Shown here piece after piece: positions 8,723 to 16,770 of a stretch of 38,089 nucleotides of DNA. The notes under the pieces were generated by a model. The model searched no databases and was not told where the DNA came from. It saw only the letters and a list, made by a program, of their open reading frames with translations. Source of the DNA: Terriglobales bacterium (GTDB taxonomy: Bacteria; Eisenbacteria; RBG-16-71-46); contig DATKKO010000269.1 in the NCBI GenBank assembly GCA_035542955.1, positions 1 through 38,089 on the forward strand, read 5' to 3'. The translations under genes were made by a program, and so were the position numbers. Position 1 is the first letter of the stretch; every line of letters starts with the position of its first letter.

Positions 8723-9884
8723 TCCTGTGGTGCTCGAAACGACGCGGCCCGCGCCGCGGTCCATCGGCCGCAGCGCGCTCCTCACCCTGCCCCTGCTGCT
8801 CTGGGCGCTCCTCATGTTCTCGCACGCCGTCGACCTGCGGGAGAACGCCGGGCGCGCGGCCGCGCTGCTCACCTGCGCCTTCATGGTGGCGCTCTTCTTC
8901 CTCATGGTGCGGACGCGGCGGACCTACCGCTGGCGGCGCGTGTTCTTCGTCGCGCTCGGGGTGCTGTTCCCGATCGGCTTCATCGCCCAGCTCTACGCGC
9001 TCCGCGGCTCGATGTCGATCCCCGTGGAGCGCATGCTCTCGGGCGACACGCCGTTCTGCTTCCTCGCCATCCCCATGCTGATCGTGCCCGCCGCGCTCAC
9101 GCGCACGGTCATCTTCCCCGGCTCGATCCTGCCCACCGCGAGCAATCCCCATTCGGTGGCGACCATGATCGCCGTCTGGTTCGCGGCGACGCTGGTGCTG
9201 GGCAAGGCCTGGTGCGCGTTCGGCTGCTTCTTCGGCGGGATCGAGGAGGGCTTCGCGGCGCTGCCGAGAAAGGCGAAGCTGCGCGACCTCCCGCCGCGCC
9301 TGCGCTGGGTGCCGTGGAGCGTGCTCGCGGCGGTCGTGCTGCTCTCCGCGGCCACCTTCGAGCCGACCTACTGCATGTGGCTCTGCCCCTTCAAGGCCGT
9401 CACCGAGTTCCCCGAGGTGCGCTCGGCCCAGACCGCGATCCAGTTCGCCATCTTCGGCATGCTGTTCGGCGGGCTCGTCGTGGTGATGCCGCTGCTCACG
9501 CGCCTGCGCACCCAGTGCACCCTGCTGTGCCCGTTCGGCGCGTTCCAGTCGCTCTTCAACAAGCTCACGGTGTTCGACGTGCGCATCGACCGCAGCCGGT
9601 GCACGGACTGCGTCGCCTGCCGGCGCGCGTGTCCCACGCTGGTGCTCGACGAGGCGGCGGTGACCGCGGGCGGGCCGGGCATCTCCTGCATGAAGTGCGG
9701 CGCCTGCGTCGACTCCTGCACCAAGCAGGCCGCGGTCTGGCACGTGAAGGGCACGCCGATCGCGGCGCGGCCCGAGACGGCGCGCCTGCTCTTCCTCTAT
9801 CCCGCCTGGAGCTTCGCCACGCTGTTCGGCGGCAGCATCATCGCCGGATCGCTGGCGCAACTCCTGCGGCCCCTGCTGCACTGA
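8715..9884 (+). CDS. Membrane-bound polyferredoxin (NapH/MauN-type 4Fe-4S binding protein, COG0348-like)
   Basis: Multiple TM helices are present, with WCAFGCFFGG, YCMWLCPF and CTLLCPFGAF motifs. Two classical ferredoxin clusters follow (CTDCVACRRACP and CMKCGACVDSC). Confidence 0.85.
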   Translation: MADPVVLETTRPAPRSIGRSALLTLPLLLWALLMFSHAVDLRENAGRAAALLTCAFMVALFFLMVRTRRTYRWRRVFFVALGVLFPIGFIAQLYALRGSMSIPVERMLSGDTPFCFLAIPMLIVPAALTRTVIFPGSILPTASNPHSVATMIAVWFAATLVLGKAWCAFGCFFGGIEEGFAALPRKAKLRDLPPRLRWVPWSVLAAVVLLSAATFEPTYCMWLCPFKAVTEFPEVRSAQTAIQFAIFGMLFGGLVVVMPLLTRLRTQCTLLCPFGAFQSLFNKLTVFDVRIDRSRCTDCVACRRACPTLVLDEAAVTAGGPGISCMKCGACVDSCTKQAAVWHVKGTPIAARPETARLLFLYPAWSFATLFGGSIIAGSLAQLLRPLLH

Positions 9885-9895
9885 GGAGCCCGACC

Positions 9896-10393
9896 GTGCC
9901 ACGACTGACTTCGGTGCTGGGCTACACGGGAGCGGCGCTGACGGCGCTCGCGGCGCTGGCGGGCCCCTTCGTGCTGTACGGGGCCTTCACGCAGGGGATC
10001 GCGGCCATGGGCCTGCGGATCAATCCCGTGTACTCGGGCGGCCCGCCGGCCCGCGAGATCACGAGGCCCGGCTATCGCATCGTGGTCTATCGGCCCGTGG
10101 TCCCGCGCGCGCCGTTCTCGTTCGCGCGGAGCTTCGTGCAGCTCGCCTGGACGCCCGCCGGCGCCCTGCCGCGCCGTGTCGAGGACGCGGTGGACCTGGA
10201 CGGCGACGGTCGCGTGGATCTCGTCGCCCGCTTCGACGTGCCCTCGGACGCGGCCGCGCCGCTCTTCCTGGACGTGACCCCGGCCGGCGGCCGCGTGCTG
10301 CCCCTGCGGCACGTCTCGCGGGGATCGTTCTCCGCGCTGATCGCGCGGGTCGGCGACCGTATCGTCACGAGGATCCCGCTGGCTCCGCGCTGA
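9896..10393 (+). CDS. Hypothetical single-pass membrane protein (third gene of the DsbD_2/polyferredoxin operon)
   Basis: I use the internal GTG of ORF 9212..10393, 12 nt after the upstream stop and preceded by GAGGAG. It has an N-terminal TM helix (LGYTGAALTALAALAGPFVLYGAF) and a DLDGDGRVD calcium-loop-like motif. The start is not certain. Confidence 0.55.
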   Translation: MPRLTSVLGYTGAALTALAALAGPFVLYGAFTQGIAAMGLRINPVYSGGPPAREITRPGYRIVVYRPVVPRAPFSFARSFVQLAWTPAGALPRRVEDAVDLDGDGRVDLVARFDVPSDAAAPLFLDVTPAGGRVLPLRHVSRGSFSALIARVGDRIVTRIPLAPR

Positions 10394-10429
10394 GTGCCGA
10401 TCGCGGGAGCGCGGCGCCGCGCAGGACGA

Positions 10430-13162
10430 TCACCCCGCCAGGACGTCCCGCACCTTCTCGATCAGCGTCCTCGGCCGGAACGGCTTGGCGAGGAAGGGTG
10501 CGTCGAGCGCGATCGCCGGCCGTCCGCTCGTGCCCGGCGCGTAGCCCGAGAAATAGAGCACGCGCATCCCGGGGATCATCTGGCGGAGCTGTCGCGCCAG
10601 CTCGGGTCCGCCCATCTCCGGCATCACGATGTCCGTGAGCAGGAGCCGGATCGCGTGATCCCCGCGCGCGGCCACGGCGAGCGCCTCCTCGCCGTGACGC
10701 GCCTCGAGCACGTGATAGCCCGCCTTCTCGAGCGCGACCCGCGCCACGGCCCGCACCTCCGGCTCGTCCTCGACGAGCAGGATCGATCCGGATTCCGGGA
10801 CGGCCCCGCCCGGGGCGGCCGCGCCTTCGGGCTCCTCCACGAGCGGCCAGTAGATCTGGAACGTGGTGCCGCGACCCGGCTCCGAGACCACGCGGATCTC
10901 GCCCCCGCACTGCTCGACGATGCCGTTCACCGCGGCGAGCGCGAGCCCTCCACCGTGGCGGGAGCCTCCGGCCGTGTAGAACGGCTCGAAGACGTGCTCG
11001 AGGGTCTCCGGGTCCATCGCCGGCCCCGTGTCGCTCACCGAGAGCGTCACGCAGGTGCCGCGGCATCCGCCGCGGCAGCGGCGCATCTCGTCCGGCGTGC
11101 ACGAGCGGTTGCCGGTCTCGATCACCAGCCGTCCGCCGCGCGGCATCACGTCGCGCGAGTGGACGATGAGATAGGTGACGACCTGCTCGATCTTGCCGGG
11201 ATCCGCCTCGAGCCGCGCCCTCGCCGCGCGCAGGCTCACCTCGAGCTGGATGTCCTCGCCGATCAGGCGCCGCAGCATCGAGGTCATCCCGCGCACCAGC
11301 TCGTTCAGGTCGACGATCTGCGGCTCGCTGGTCTGCTGGCCGCCGAACGCGAAGAGCTGCCGGGTCAGCTCGGATCCACGCTGGGCCGAGCGGCGTACAC
11401 CTTCGAGCTGCTGGCGGGCCGCCTCGTCGAGCCCGGGGCTCTCGAGCAGGGACTCGGAGTGCCCCTGGATCACGGTGAGCAGGTTGTTGAAGTCGTGCGC
11501 CACGCCGCCGGCGAGGCGGCCGAGCGCCTCCATCTGCTGCGAGTGCCGGAGCTGCCCCTCGAGCTGCCGGCGCGCGGTGAGATCGGCGATCGCCAGCACG
11601 CGTCCCGTCACCGTGCCGTCGGGCTTGGTGAGCGGGAGCGAGGAGACGCTCAGCTCGAGCGGCCGGCCGTCGCGATGCACGCCGGCGCACTCGAGGTCGA
11701 TGAACGGGGCTCCCCGGGCGAGCAGATCGCTCAGGCCTCCGGACGCGGGCGCCTCATCGGACGCGGCGAACGGGATCTCGCGCCCCAGCACCTCGTCCGC
11801 GGTCCAGCCGAGGAGGCGCTCGGCGGCCGGCGTCCACAGCGTGATCCGCCCGCTCCGGCTCAGCGTCACGATCGCCACCGGCGAGGAGGCGAGCACGGCC
11901 TCGGTGGTCTGCTTGCTCGCGCGCAGCTCCTGCTCGCGGCTCTGCAGCTCGTCGGCCATCGCGTCGAACGACCGCCCGAGATCCCCCAGCTCGCCCACCT
12001 CCTCGAGTTGCGCGCGGGCCGAGAGGTCGCCCTCGCGGAGCCGGCTCGTCGCGCGCGTGAGCCGGTCCACGGGGCGCAGGATGAAGCGCTGCGCCCAGAG
12101 CCAGAGGGCGAGCGAGGTCGTGAGCACGATGAGCGCGAGCACCAGCGTGAGGTACATCGTGCCGCGGTCGGCCTCGGCGTAGATCACGCGCGGCGTGAAT
12201 CCCAGCGCCACGAACAGATCGCTGCCAGGGGCCACGGTCACGGGCCGGAAGCTCCAGAGCCGCACCGCGCCGTCCAGCGAGGCGGCCTCCGCTTCGCCCT
12301 GCTTGCGGCTCAGCACCTCGTGCACCACCGGCGCGTCGGTGTACGGCTGGCCCACGAAGCGGGCGCTCTCGGGGAAATGGGCGAGCACCGTGCCGCGGGA
12401 GTCGAGCACGACCAGCTCGCCGCCGGCCGGGAGCTGGTCGGTCGCGATCGCGGCGCCGAGCCAGTCCATCTCGACCGAGACGGCGAGCACGCCGCGCACC
12501 CGGCCGTCCGCCCCGAGCGCGCGATAGCCCACGTCGAGCGCCGGCCGCTGCGTGCCCCGCGTGAGCGGGTCTGCGCTGAACGAGAAGGTGTGGGTGGCGA
12601 TGGCGAGCTTGAACCAGGGCTGGTCCGCGACGTTGGTCCGCCCCGGGGTGCGAGGCGAGGCCGCCACGACGTGCCCTTCGAGGTCGGCCAGCGTGATCGC
12701 GTCGTACGGCATGCGCCGGCCCGGCTCGCGCGCCCCCCCGAGCGGTCGGCTCGCGATCCGCGCCGGGTGCAGGCTGCGCGGCACGTGGGTCGCCTCGCGG
12801 TTCAGCACCTGCTCGAAGAGTCGTTCGCAGACGGCGGCGTCCCCCTCGCGCAGCTCCGGCGTCTGCGTCAGCGTCTCGAGCATCACCTGCGCGTCGTGGA
12901 GCGCGTCGTCGATGTTGACGCAGGCCAGCTCCGTCAGATGACGTGCCTGCTCGCGACTGCGCTCCTCGGCGCGGCGCCGCTGCTCCACGCCCGAGTAGAG
13001 TACGAGGCCCAGCGTCGGCAGGACGGCCAGCAGCACGAGGCCCAGAAGTCTGAGGCGAACGCTTTGCGGAGACGGGCGCACGGACGTGTCGGGCGATCGG
13101 AGTCCCGGTTCTCGTGTGGGCCCGACGCGCGGCTTCGAGCCATCGGGCCCGGAAAGGAGCAC
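10430..13162 (-). CDS. Hybrid sensor histidine kinase/response regulator (TM - Cache-like periplasmic domain - TM - HAMP - PAS - HisKA - HATPase_c - REC), paralog A
   Basis: Motifs seen:
- H-box: MEALGRLAGGVAHDFNNLLTVI.
- HAMP: LRPVDRLTRATSRLREGDLS.
- PAS: AVLASSPVAIVTLSRSGRITLWTPAAERLLGW.
- REC: ILLVEDEPEV...LLLTDIVMPEMGG...LAKPF.

The ATP-binding motifs are degenerate (see findings). The start may lie downstream, for example at the GTG at 13081. Confidence 0.9.
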   Translation of the reverse strand: MLLSGPDGSKPRVGPTREPGLRSPDTSVRPSPQSVRLRLLGLVLLAVLPTLGLVLYSGVEQRRRAEERSREQARHLTELACVNIDDALHDAQVMLETLTQTPELREGDAAVCERLFEQVLNREATHVPRSLHPARIASRPLGGAREPGRRMPYDAITLADLEGHVVAASPRTPGRTNVADQPWFKLAIATHTFSFSADPLTRGTQRPALDVGYRALGADGRVRGVLAVSVEMDWLGAAIATDQLPAGGELVVLDSRGTVLAHFPESARFVGQPYTDAPVVHEVLSRKQGEAEAASLDGAVRLWSFRPVTVAPGSDLFVALGFTPRVIYAEADRGTMYLTLVLALIVLTTSLALWLWAQRFILRPVDRLTRATSRLREGDLSARAQLEEVGELGDLGRSFDAMADELQSREQELRASKQTTEAVLASSPVAIVTLSRSGRITLWTPAAERLLGWTADEVLGREIPFAASDEAPASGGLSDLLARGAPFIDLECAGVHRDGRPLELSVSSLPLTKPDGTVTGRVLAIADLTARRQLEGQLRHSQQMEALGRLAGGVAHDFNNLLTVIQGHSESLLESPGLDEAARQQLEGVRRSAQRGSELTRQLFAFGGQQTSEPQIVDLNELVRGMTSMLRRLIGEDIQLEVSLRAARARLEADPGKIEQVVTYLIVHSRDVMPRGGRLVIETGNRSCTPDEMRRCRGGCRGTCVTLSVSDTGPAMDPETLEHVFEPFYTAGGSRHGGGLALAAVNGIVEQCGGEIRVVSEPGRGTTFQIYWPLVEEPEGAAAPGGAVPESGSILLVEDEPEVRAVARVALEKAGYHVLEARHGEEALAVAARGDHAIRLLLTDIVMPEMGGPELARQLRQMIPGMRVLYFSGYAPGTSGRPAIALDAPFLAKPFRPRTLIEKVRDVLAG

Positions 13163-13361
13163 GGAAACACGTAGTCTAGTCTTGCGCGAGCCCCGGGCTC
13201 AAGCGCGAGTCGGCGCCGGCTCTTCCATGGGGCCGAGGAGCGCGACACCATGATACGCTCGGGCACGGAGGGCGGGATGAACAGGAGCTACGCGATTCTG
13301 GACGAGCTGCTCGCCTCCCGTCCGTAGCTCCGGTGGCGCGAGCGAAAGGAGAGGAGACCGA

Positions 13362-13775
13362 GTGAACTCGATCGAAGGCATCGCCCGTTCGCTGCTGCGT
13401 CTCGTCGCGGGTGGACTCTTCCTGTGTCATGGCGCCATGAAGCTGTTCGGCTGGTTCGGCGGCATGCCGCCCGGCGCCACGCTCACTCCGCTTCTGCACG
13501 TCGCGGGCTGGATCGAGTTCGTGGGCGGCGCGCTGATCCTGCTCGGGCTCTTCACCCGCGCGGCGGCCTTCTTCACCGCGGGGGAGATGGCGGTCGCGTA
13601 CTTCAAGGCGCACTTCCCGCACGGATTCTGGCCCATCGTGAACAAGGGGGAGCTGGCCGTGCTGTTCTGCTTCGTCTTCCTCTTCCTGCTGGCCGGCGGG
13701 GCCGGACCGATCAGCCTCGATCGCGCGATCGCCCGGGCGCGCGGGGCCGCGCGGAGACAGCTGGTCGCCGGCTGA
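13362..13775 (+). CDS. DoxX family membrane protein
   Basis: The GTG start is preceded by AGGAGAGGAG. LLRLVAGGLFLCHGAMKLFGWFGG...GWIEFVGGALILLGLFTRAAAFFTAGEMAVAYF is the characteristic DoxX pattern, with 4 TM helices. Confidence 0.85.
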   Translation: MNSIEGIARSLLRLVAGGLFLCHGAMKLFGWFGGMPPGATLTPLLHVAGWIEFVGGALILLGLFTRAAAFFTAGEMAVAYFKAHFPHGFWPIVNKGELAVLFCFVFLFLLAGGAGPISLDRAIARARGAARRQLVAG

Positions 13776-13890
13776 GGACCCGTCCCGCGCCGCGGAGCCC
13801 CGCGCGCCCGCGGCCGATTGCCCGATCCGCAGCCGGCTGCCACAATGCCGCACCCGGGATCGTCCCTGCTCTCATCCCGACGAGGCCACG

Positions 13891-14418
13891 GTGCGGAAGA
13901 ACCGCTTCTCCATCATCGCCGCCGGCGCGTTGCTGCTGGTGTCCGGCATCGAGGCTCGGGCCGAGCCGCGGCCGGCGTTGGCAGGCCTCTCCGCGGTGCG
14001 GGTGAGCGCGGAGGTGAGCCCCGCGAACCTCTCGCCCCAGGCCGCCCCCGACAGCCTGCGCGCGCGGACCGAGCGCCGGCTCGGTGCCGCGGGCATTCGT
14101 GTGCTGACCGGCGCCCCGAACGACTCGGAGGCCGTGCTGGACGTCCGCATCACGTTCGTCCGGCTCACGGCCGCCCCGCTCTCGGGCGATCTGGTCGGAT
14201 ACGGCTTCGCCGTGGTCGTGAGGCTGAGCCGGCAGGTCCGCACCATCGCGACGCCCGCCACTCCCTCCCGCGCGGTTCCCGCATCCCTCTGGGAGAGCTG
14301 GAGCGTCGCCGACGCCGATCCGAACCTCTCGCCCGCGCAGGCGATGCGCGCGGCGGACGCGAAGGTCGAGGAGTTCGTGAAGGACTGGGCGGCGACGCGC
14401 GGCGGAGGAGCGCGATGA
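13891..14418 (+). CDS. Hypothetical secreted protein, paralog 1 of a tandem pair
   Basis: The signal peptide is MRKNRFSIIAAGALLLVSGIEARA. GC3 is high. It is collinearly similar to the next ORF (see findings). Confidence 0.6.
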   Translation: MRKNRFSIIAAGALLLVSGIEARAEPRPALAGLSAVRVSAEVSPANLSPQAAPDSLRARTERRLGAAGIRVLTGAPNDSEAVLDVRITFVRLTAAPLSGDLVGYGFAVVVRLSRQVRTIATPATPSRAVPASLWESWSVADADPNLSPAQAMRAADAKVEEFVKDWAATRGGGAR

Positions 14419-15125
14419 TGCTCCCGCTGCTGGTCTCCGTGATGCTCGCGGCGCCCGCGGACTCGGTCGCGCGCTCCGCTCCGGCCCGCGCCGATACGGC
14501 GATCGGGCGTCCCGCAGCGCGCGCGGACACGCTGATCGGACGGCCGGCGCCACGCACGATCGTGGGCAGGGGGGTCCGCGCGGACACGTCGGCCGGGCGC
14601 CCCGCGTTGCCGCCGGGGACGATCGTGGGCCGGCCCGCGCCGCGCGTCGCGACGGCACCCGCGGACACTCTCGCCCGGCGCGCGGCCGAGAGCCTCGACG
14701 GGCTCGCGGGCGTGGGCCTGAGGGTCGAGTCGTTCGCCCCGGAGGTCGCGGCCACGGTCTCGCGGCCCTCGGTGAGGGGCCGCCTGCAGTCGCTCCTGCG
14801 TGGGGCCGGCGTGCGCGTGCTCACCGAGAAGGAGCTGGCCGCGGACCGGCGCAAGCCCGTGCTCGGCGTCTCCGTCGTGTTCGCGCGGCCGATGGGGCCC
14901 GCGCAGCAGTTCGCCTATCTCGCGCGGCTCGATCTCGTGCAGATGGTCCAGCTCGAGGCGACGCCCGGCTCGAGCGCCCCGCAGGCGCGGGTCTCCGCGG
15001 CCACCTGGAGCGCGGAGCGCCTCGGGGGCGCGTATCGCACGGCGCTCCGCGACTCGGTGCTGGTCGATCTCGACGCGCTCGCCGGCGCGTTCGCGCGCGA
15101 CTGGCGAACACAGAATCCGAAGTAA
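14415..15125 (+). CDS. Hypothetical secreted protein, paralog 2 of a tandem pair, with an N-terminal degenerate repeat insert
   Basis: I use the internal ATG of ORF 13818..15125, which forms an ATGA start/stop overlap with the previous gene. The N-terminus MMLPLLVSVMLAAPADS is hydrophobic. The C-terminal 150 aa align with paralog 1. Confidence 0.6.
   Translation: MMLPLLVSVMLAAPADSVARSAPARADTAIGRPAARADTLIGRPAPRTIVGRGVRADTSAGRPALPPGTIVGRPAPRVATAPADTLARRAAESLDGLAGVGLRVESFAPEVAATVSRPSVRGRLQSLLRGAGVRVLTEKELAADRRKPVLGVSVVFARPMGPAQQFAYLARLDLVQMVQLEATPGSSAPQARVSAATWSAERLGGAYRTALRDSVLVDLDALAGAFARDWRTQNPK
14484..14681 (+). repeat. Coding degenerate tandem repeat (about 6 units of about 11 aa, consensus RADTxIGRPAx / GTIVGRPAP)
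   Basis: The translation is ARADTAIGRPA-ARADTLIGRPA-PRTIVGRGV-RADTSAGRPA-LPPGTIVGRPA-PRVATAPADTLARR. The DNA repeats are imperfect (gcggacacg.. / gatcgtgggc.. recur). Confidence 0.6.
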
Positions 15126-15185
15126 CCGGGTTGGTTCGTCCGGGCGCGCGGCCCGCAAGGGCGCGCTCGTCGAAGGGGGAATGCC

Positions 15186-15488
15186 ATGAAGGTGCTCGCG
15201 GACGTCACGATCGTGCCGCTGGGTGTGGGCGTCTCGCTCTCGAAGTACGTCGCCGCCTGCGAGAGGATCCTCTCGCAGGCGGGGCTGCACACGCGGCTGC
15301 ACGCCTACGGGACGAACGTCGAAGGGGAGTGGGACGTCTTCTTCGCGGCGGTCCGGCGTTGTCACGACAAGCTCCACGAGATGGGCGCGCCCCGGGTGTC
15401 GACCACGATCCGGGTGGGCACGCGGACGGATCGCGACCAGACGCTCGAGGACAAGATCCGCAGCGTGGAGGCGAAGCTCGAGGGCTGA
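15186..15488 (+). CDS. MTH1187/YkoF/YqgV family (DUF77) small thiamine-binding-like protein
   Basis: MKVLADVTIVPLGVGVSLSKYVAACERIL...GLHTRLHAYGTNVEGEWDVFFAAVRRCHD is the canonical family pattern. The length is 100 aa. The SD is AAGGGGGA. Confidence 0.85.
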   Translation: MKVLADVTIVPLGVGVSLSKYVAACERILSQAGLHTRLHAYGTNVEGEWDVFFAAVRRCHDKLHEMGAPRVSTTIRVGTRTDRDQTLEDKIRSVEAKLEG

Positions 15489-15491
15489 GCG

Positions 15492-16604
15492 TTACCGGGT
15501 CCCGACGCCGATCATCGGATCCGCCGGGTCCATCGCCTGCGCGCGATCGATCGGCAGCGTGTAGCGGTCGTCCAGCGTGAGGTCGTCGAGACGCACCGTG
15601 ATGCCCAGCGCCGGATAGCTCCAGACCTGCACGTGGGTCGGGAAGTCGCTCCCGATCGCGAAGGTGGAGCTGTGCGGCTCCGTCAGCGGGTCGTATCGCA
15701 TCTCGGCCGGCGGTCCGTAGCGCACGTAGATGTTGCCGCGCGCGTCCCAGGTGTCGCGCCTCGGATCGAAGAAGAGCAGGTATGCCTGCGTGGCGCGCGA
15801 CCAGAACTCGAGCCGCGCCTCGTTCTCGGGCGTGCGCGGATCGGGATCGCGCGACTTCCAGTATCGGTCGGCGAAGGCCGCGTGCTCCTCCTCGGGGAGC
15901 TGTCGGAGCGTCTCCGCCTCCTCCGCGCTCACCAGCGGGGCCACGTCTTCGAACCGCTCGCGCACCGCGCGCCGCAGGCGTGGGATCGTGGCCCGGAAGA
16001 GGCTGTCCGCGTCGTGCGCCAGACCCACGCGCCAGCAGGCCGAGGCCACGGCGAGCAGCGCCTCGGGCCGCTCCGGATCGGCCTTCGCCGCGCGGAACGC
16101 GGTCACGAAGGCCGCGCCCACGTTGTCCTCCATCACGAGCAGCGGCTCCAGCTCCAGCCAGGCGTCCGCGTTCGACGTGTCGAGCACGGTCGCGCGCACC
16201 AGCTCCTCGACCGCGTGCTGGAGCGAGCCCTTGTCGAGGGATCGAAGCCAGGCGCGCTTCCACGCGCGCCCGAGATCCAGGTGCCCCGCGGCGCTCGCGG
16301 GCTGCGTGCGGACGACGTGCTCGAGGTGCCGGCGCGCGCTCTGCACGAATCCACAGAGGAAGTCGGCGCGGGCCAGCGCCAGCTCGATCTCCGCGTCCTC
16401 CGGAGCGAGCCGGTTCGCGTCCTCGAGCGCCTGCACCGCCACTCGACGGGAATCGATCGAGTTCTCGGAGAGCCGCGCCAGCGCCTGATGGAGCAGCGAG
16501 CGCGCCTGCGCGTGCGCGGCACCGTGGGCGGAGGCGCCCGCGCGTTCCGGCGCGCCGAGGCCGAGGAGCAGAACGCAGGCGGTCAGGACGGGGATGCGAT
16601 GCAT
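15492..16604 (-). CDS. Secreted TPR-like + GWxTD-domain protein (paralog G1)
   Basis: The signal peptide is MHRIPVLTACVLLLGLGAPERAGA. An N-terminal helical-repeat region follows. The C-terminal RYWKSRDPDPRTPENEARLEFWSRATQAYLLF...TWDARGNIYVRYGPPAEM matches the GWxTD-domain signature (FWxxRDPxPxTxxNE ... GWxTDRGxxYIxYGxP). Confidence 0.8.
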   Translation of the reverse strand: MHRIPVLTACVLLLGLGAPERAGASAHGAAHAQARSLLHQALARLSENSIDSRRVAVQALEDANRLAPEDAEIELALARADFLCGFVQSARRHLEHVVRTQPASAAGHLDLGRAWKRAWLRSLDKGSLQHAVEELVRATVLDTSNADAWLELEPLLVMEDNVGAAFVTAFRAAKADPERPEALLAVASACWRVGLAHDADSLFRATIPRLRRAVRERFEDVAPLVSAEEAETLRQLPEEEHAAFADRYWKSRDPDPRTPENEARLEFWSRATQAYLLFFDPRRDTWDARGNIYVRYGPPAEMRYDPLTEPHSSTFAIGSDFPTHVQVWSYPALGITVRLDDLTLDDRYTLPIDRAQAMDPADPMIGVGTR

Positions 16605-16770
16605 GGCGAGCCCTCGCCGGCCTCACCGCTTTGGATGGTTCGGTGGCTCCCGGCGGCGCGGAGTATCTCGCCCGCGCGGCCTCGGACCGGCGGATTCCGC
16701 AGGCTCTGGACAATCCGAGGTTTCGAGTGGGTGAACGGATCGGCGCGCAAGCGGGCGGGCCGGGAACTTG

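Noticed and set aside
5591-8905. The 1104-aa minus-strand ORF, the longest in the track, spans pepA, the secreted protein gene and the DsbD_2-like gene.
   Set aside because: Its composition is extreme in Arg/Ala/Gly/Pro/Glu and it has no motifs. It lies antisense to, or out of frame with, genes that have unmistakable family signatures (NTDAEGRL in pepA). This is a typical shadow ORF caused by stop-codon depletion in roughly 70% GC DNA.
10394-13174. The 926-aa plus-strand ORF is antisense to kinase A. The 861-aa ORF 16768..19353 (+) and the 851-aa ORF 16952..19507 (-) overlap kinase B.
   Set aside because: They mirror or frame-shift the full length of the two kinases, which carry complete HAMP/PAS/HisKA/HATPase/REC motif sets. 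The alternative translations are Arg/His/Glu-rich with no recognisable domains.
13176-13853. The 225-aa and 138-aa minus-strand ORFs lie opposite the DoxX gene. The multiple overlapping ORFs at 13711-15377 lie opposite the secreted paralog pair.
   Set aside because: They are antisense shadows with Arg/Pro/Ala-rich composition. The DoxX frame has an unmistakable family pattern, and the paralog pair is supported by mutual similarity and signal peptides.
14484-14681. The repetitive DNA in secreted paralog 2 was considered as a possible CRISPR-like or VNTR element.
   Set aside because: The repeats are short, imperfect, in frame and translated as a degenerate peptide repeat. There is no repeat-spacer regularity and no cas genes.
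15126-15185. A TPP riboswitch might precede the MTH1187/YkoF-like thiamine-binding-family gene.
   Set aside because: The spacer is only 60 nt. It has no CUGAGA/ACCUGA-type conserved TPP aptamer elements and is too short for the aptamer.
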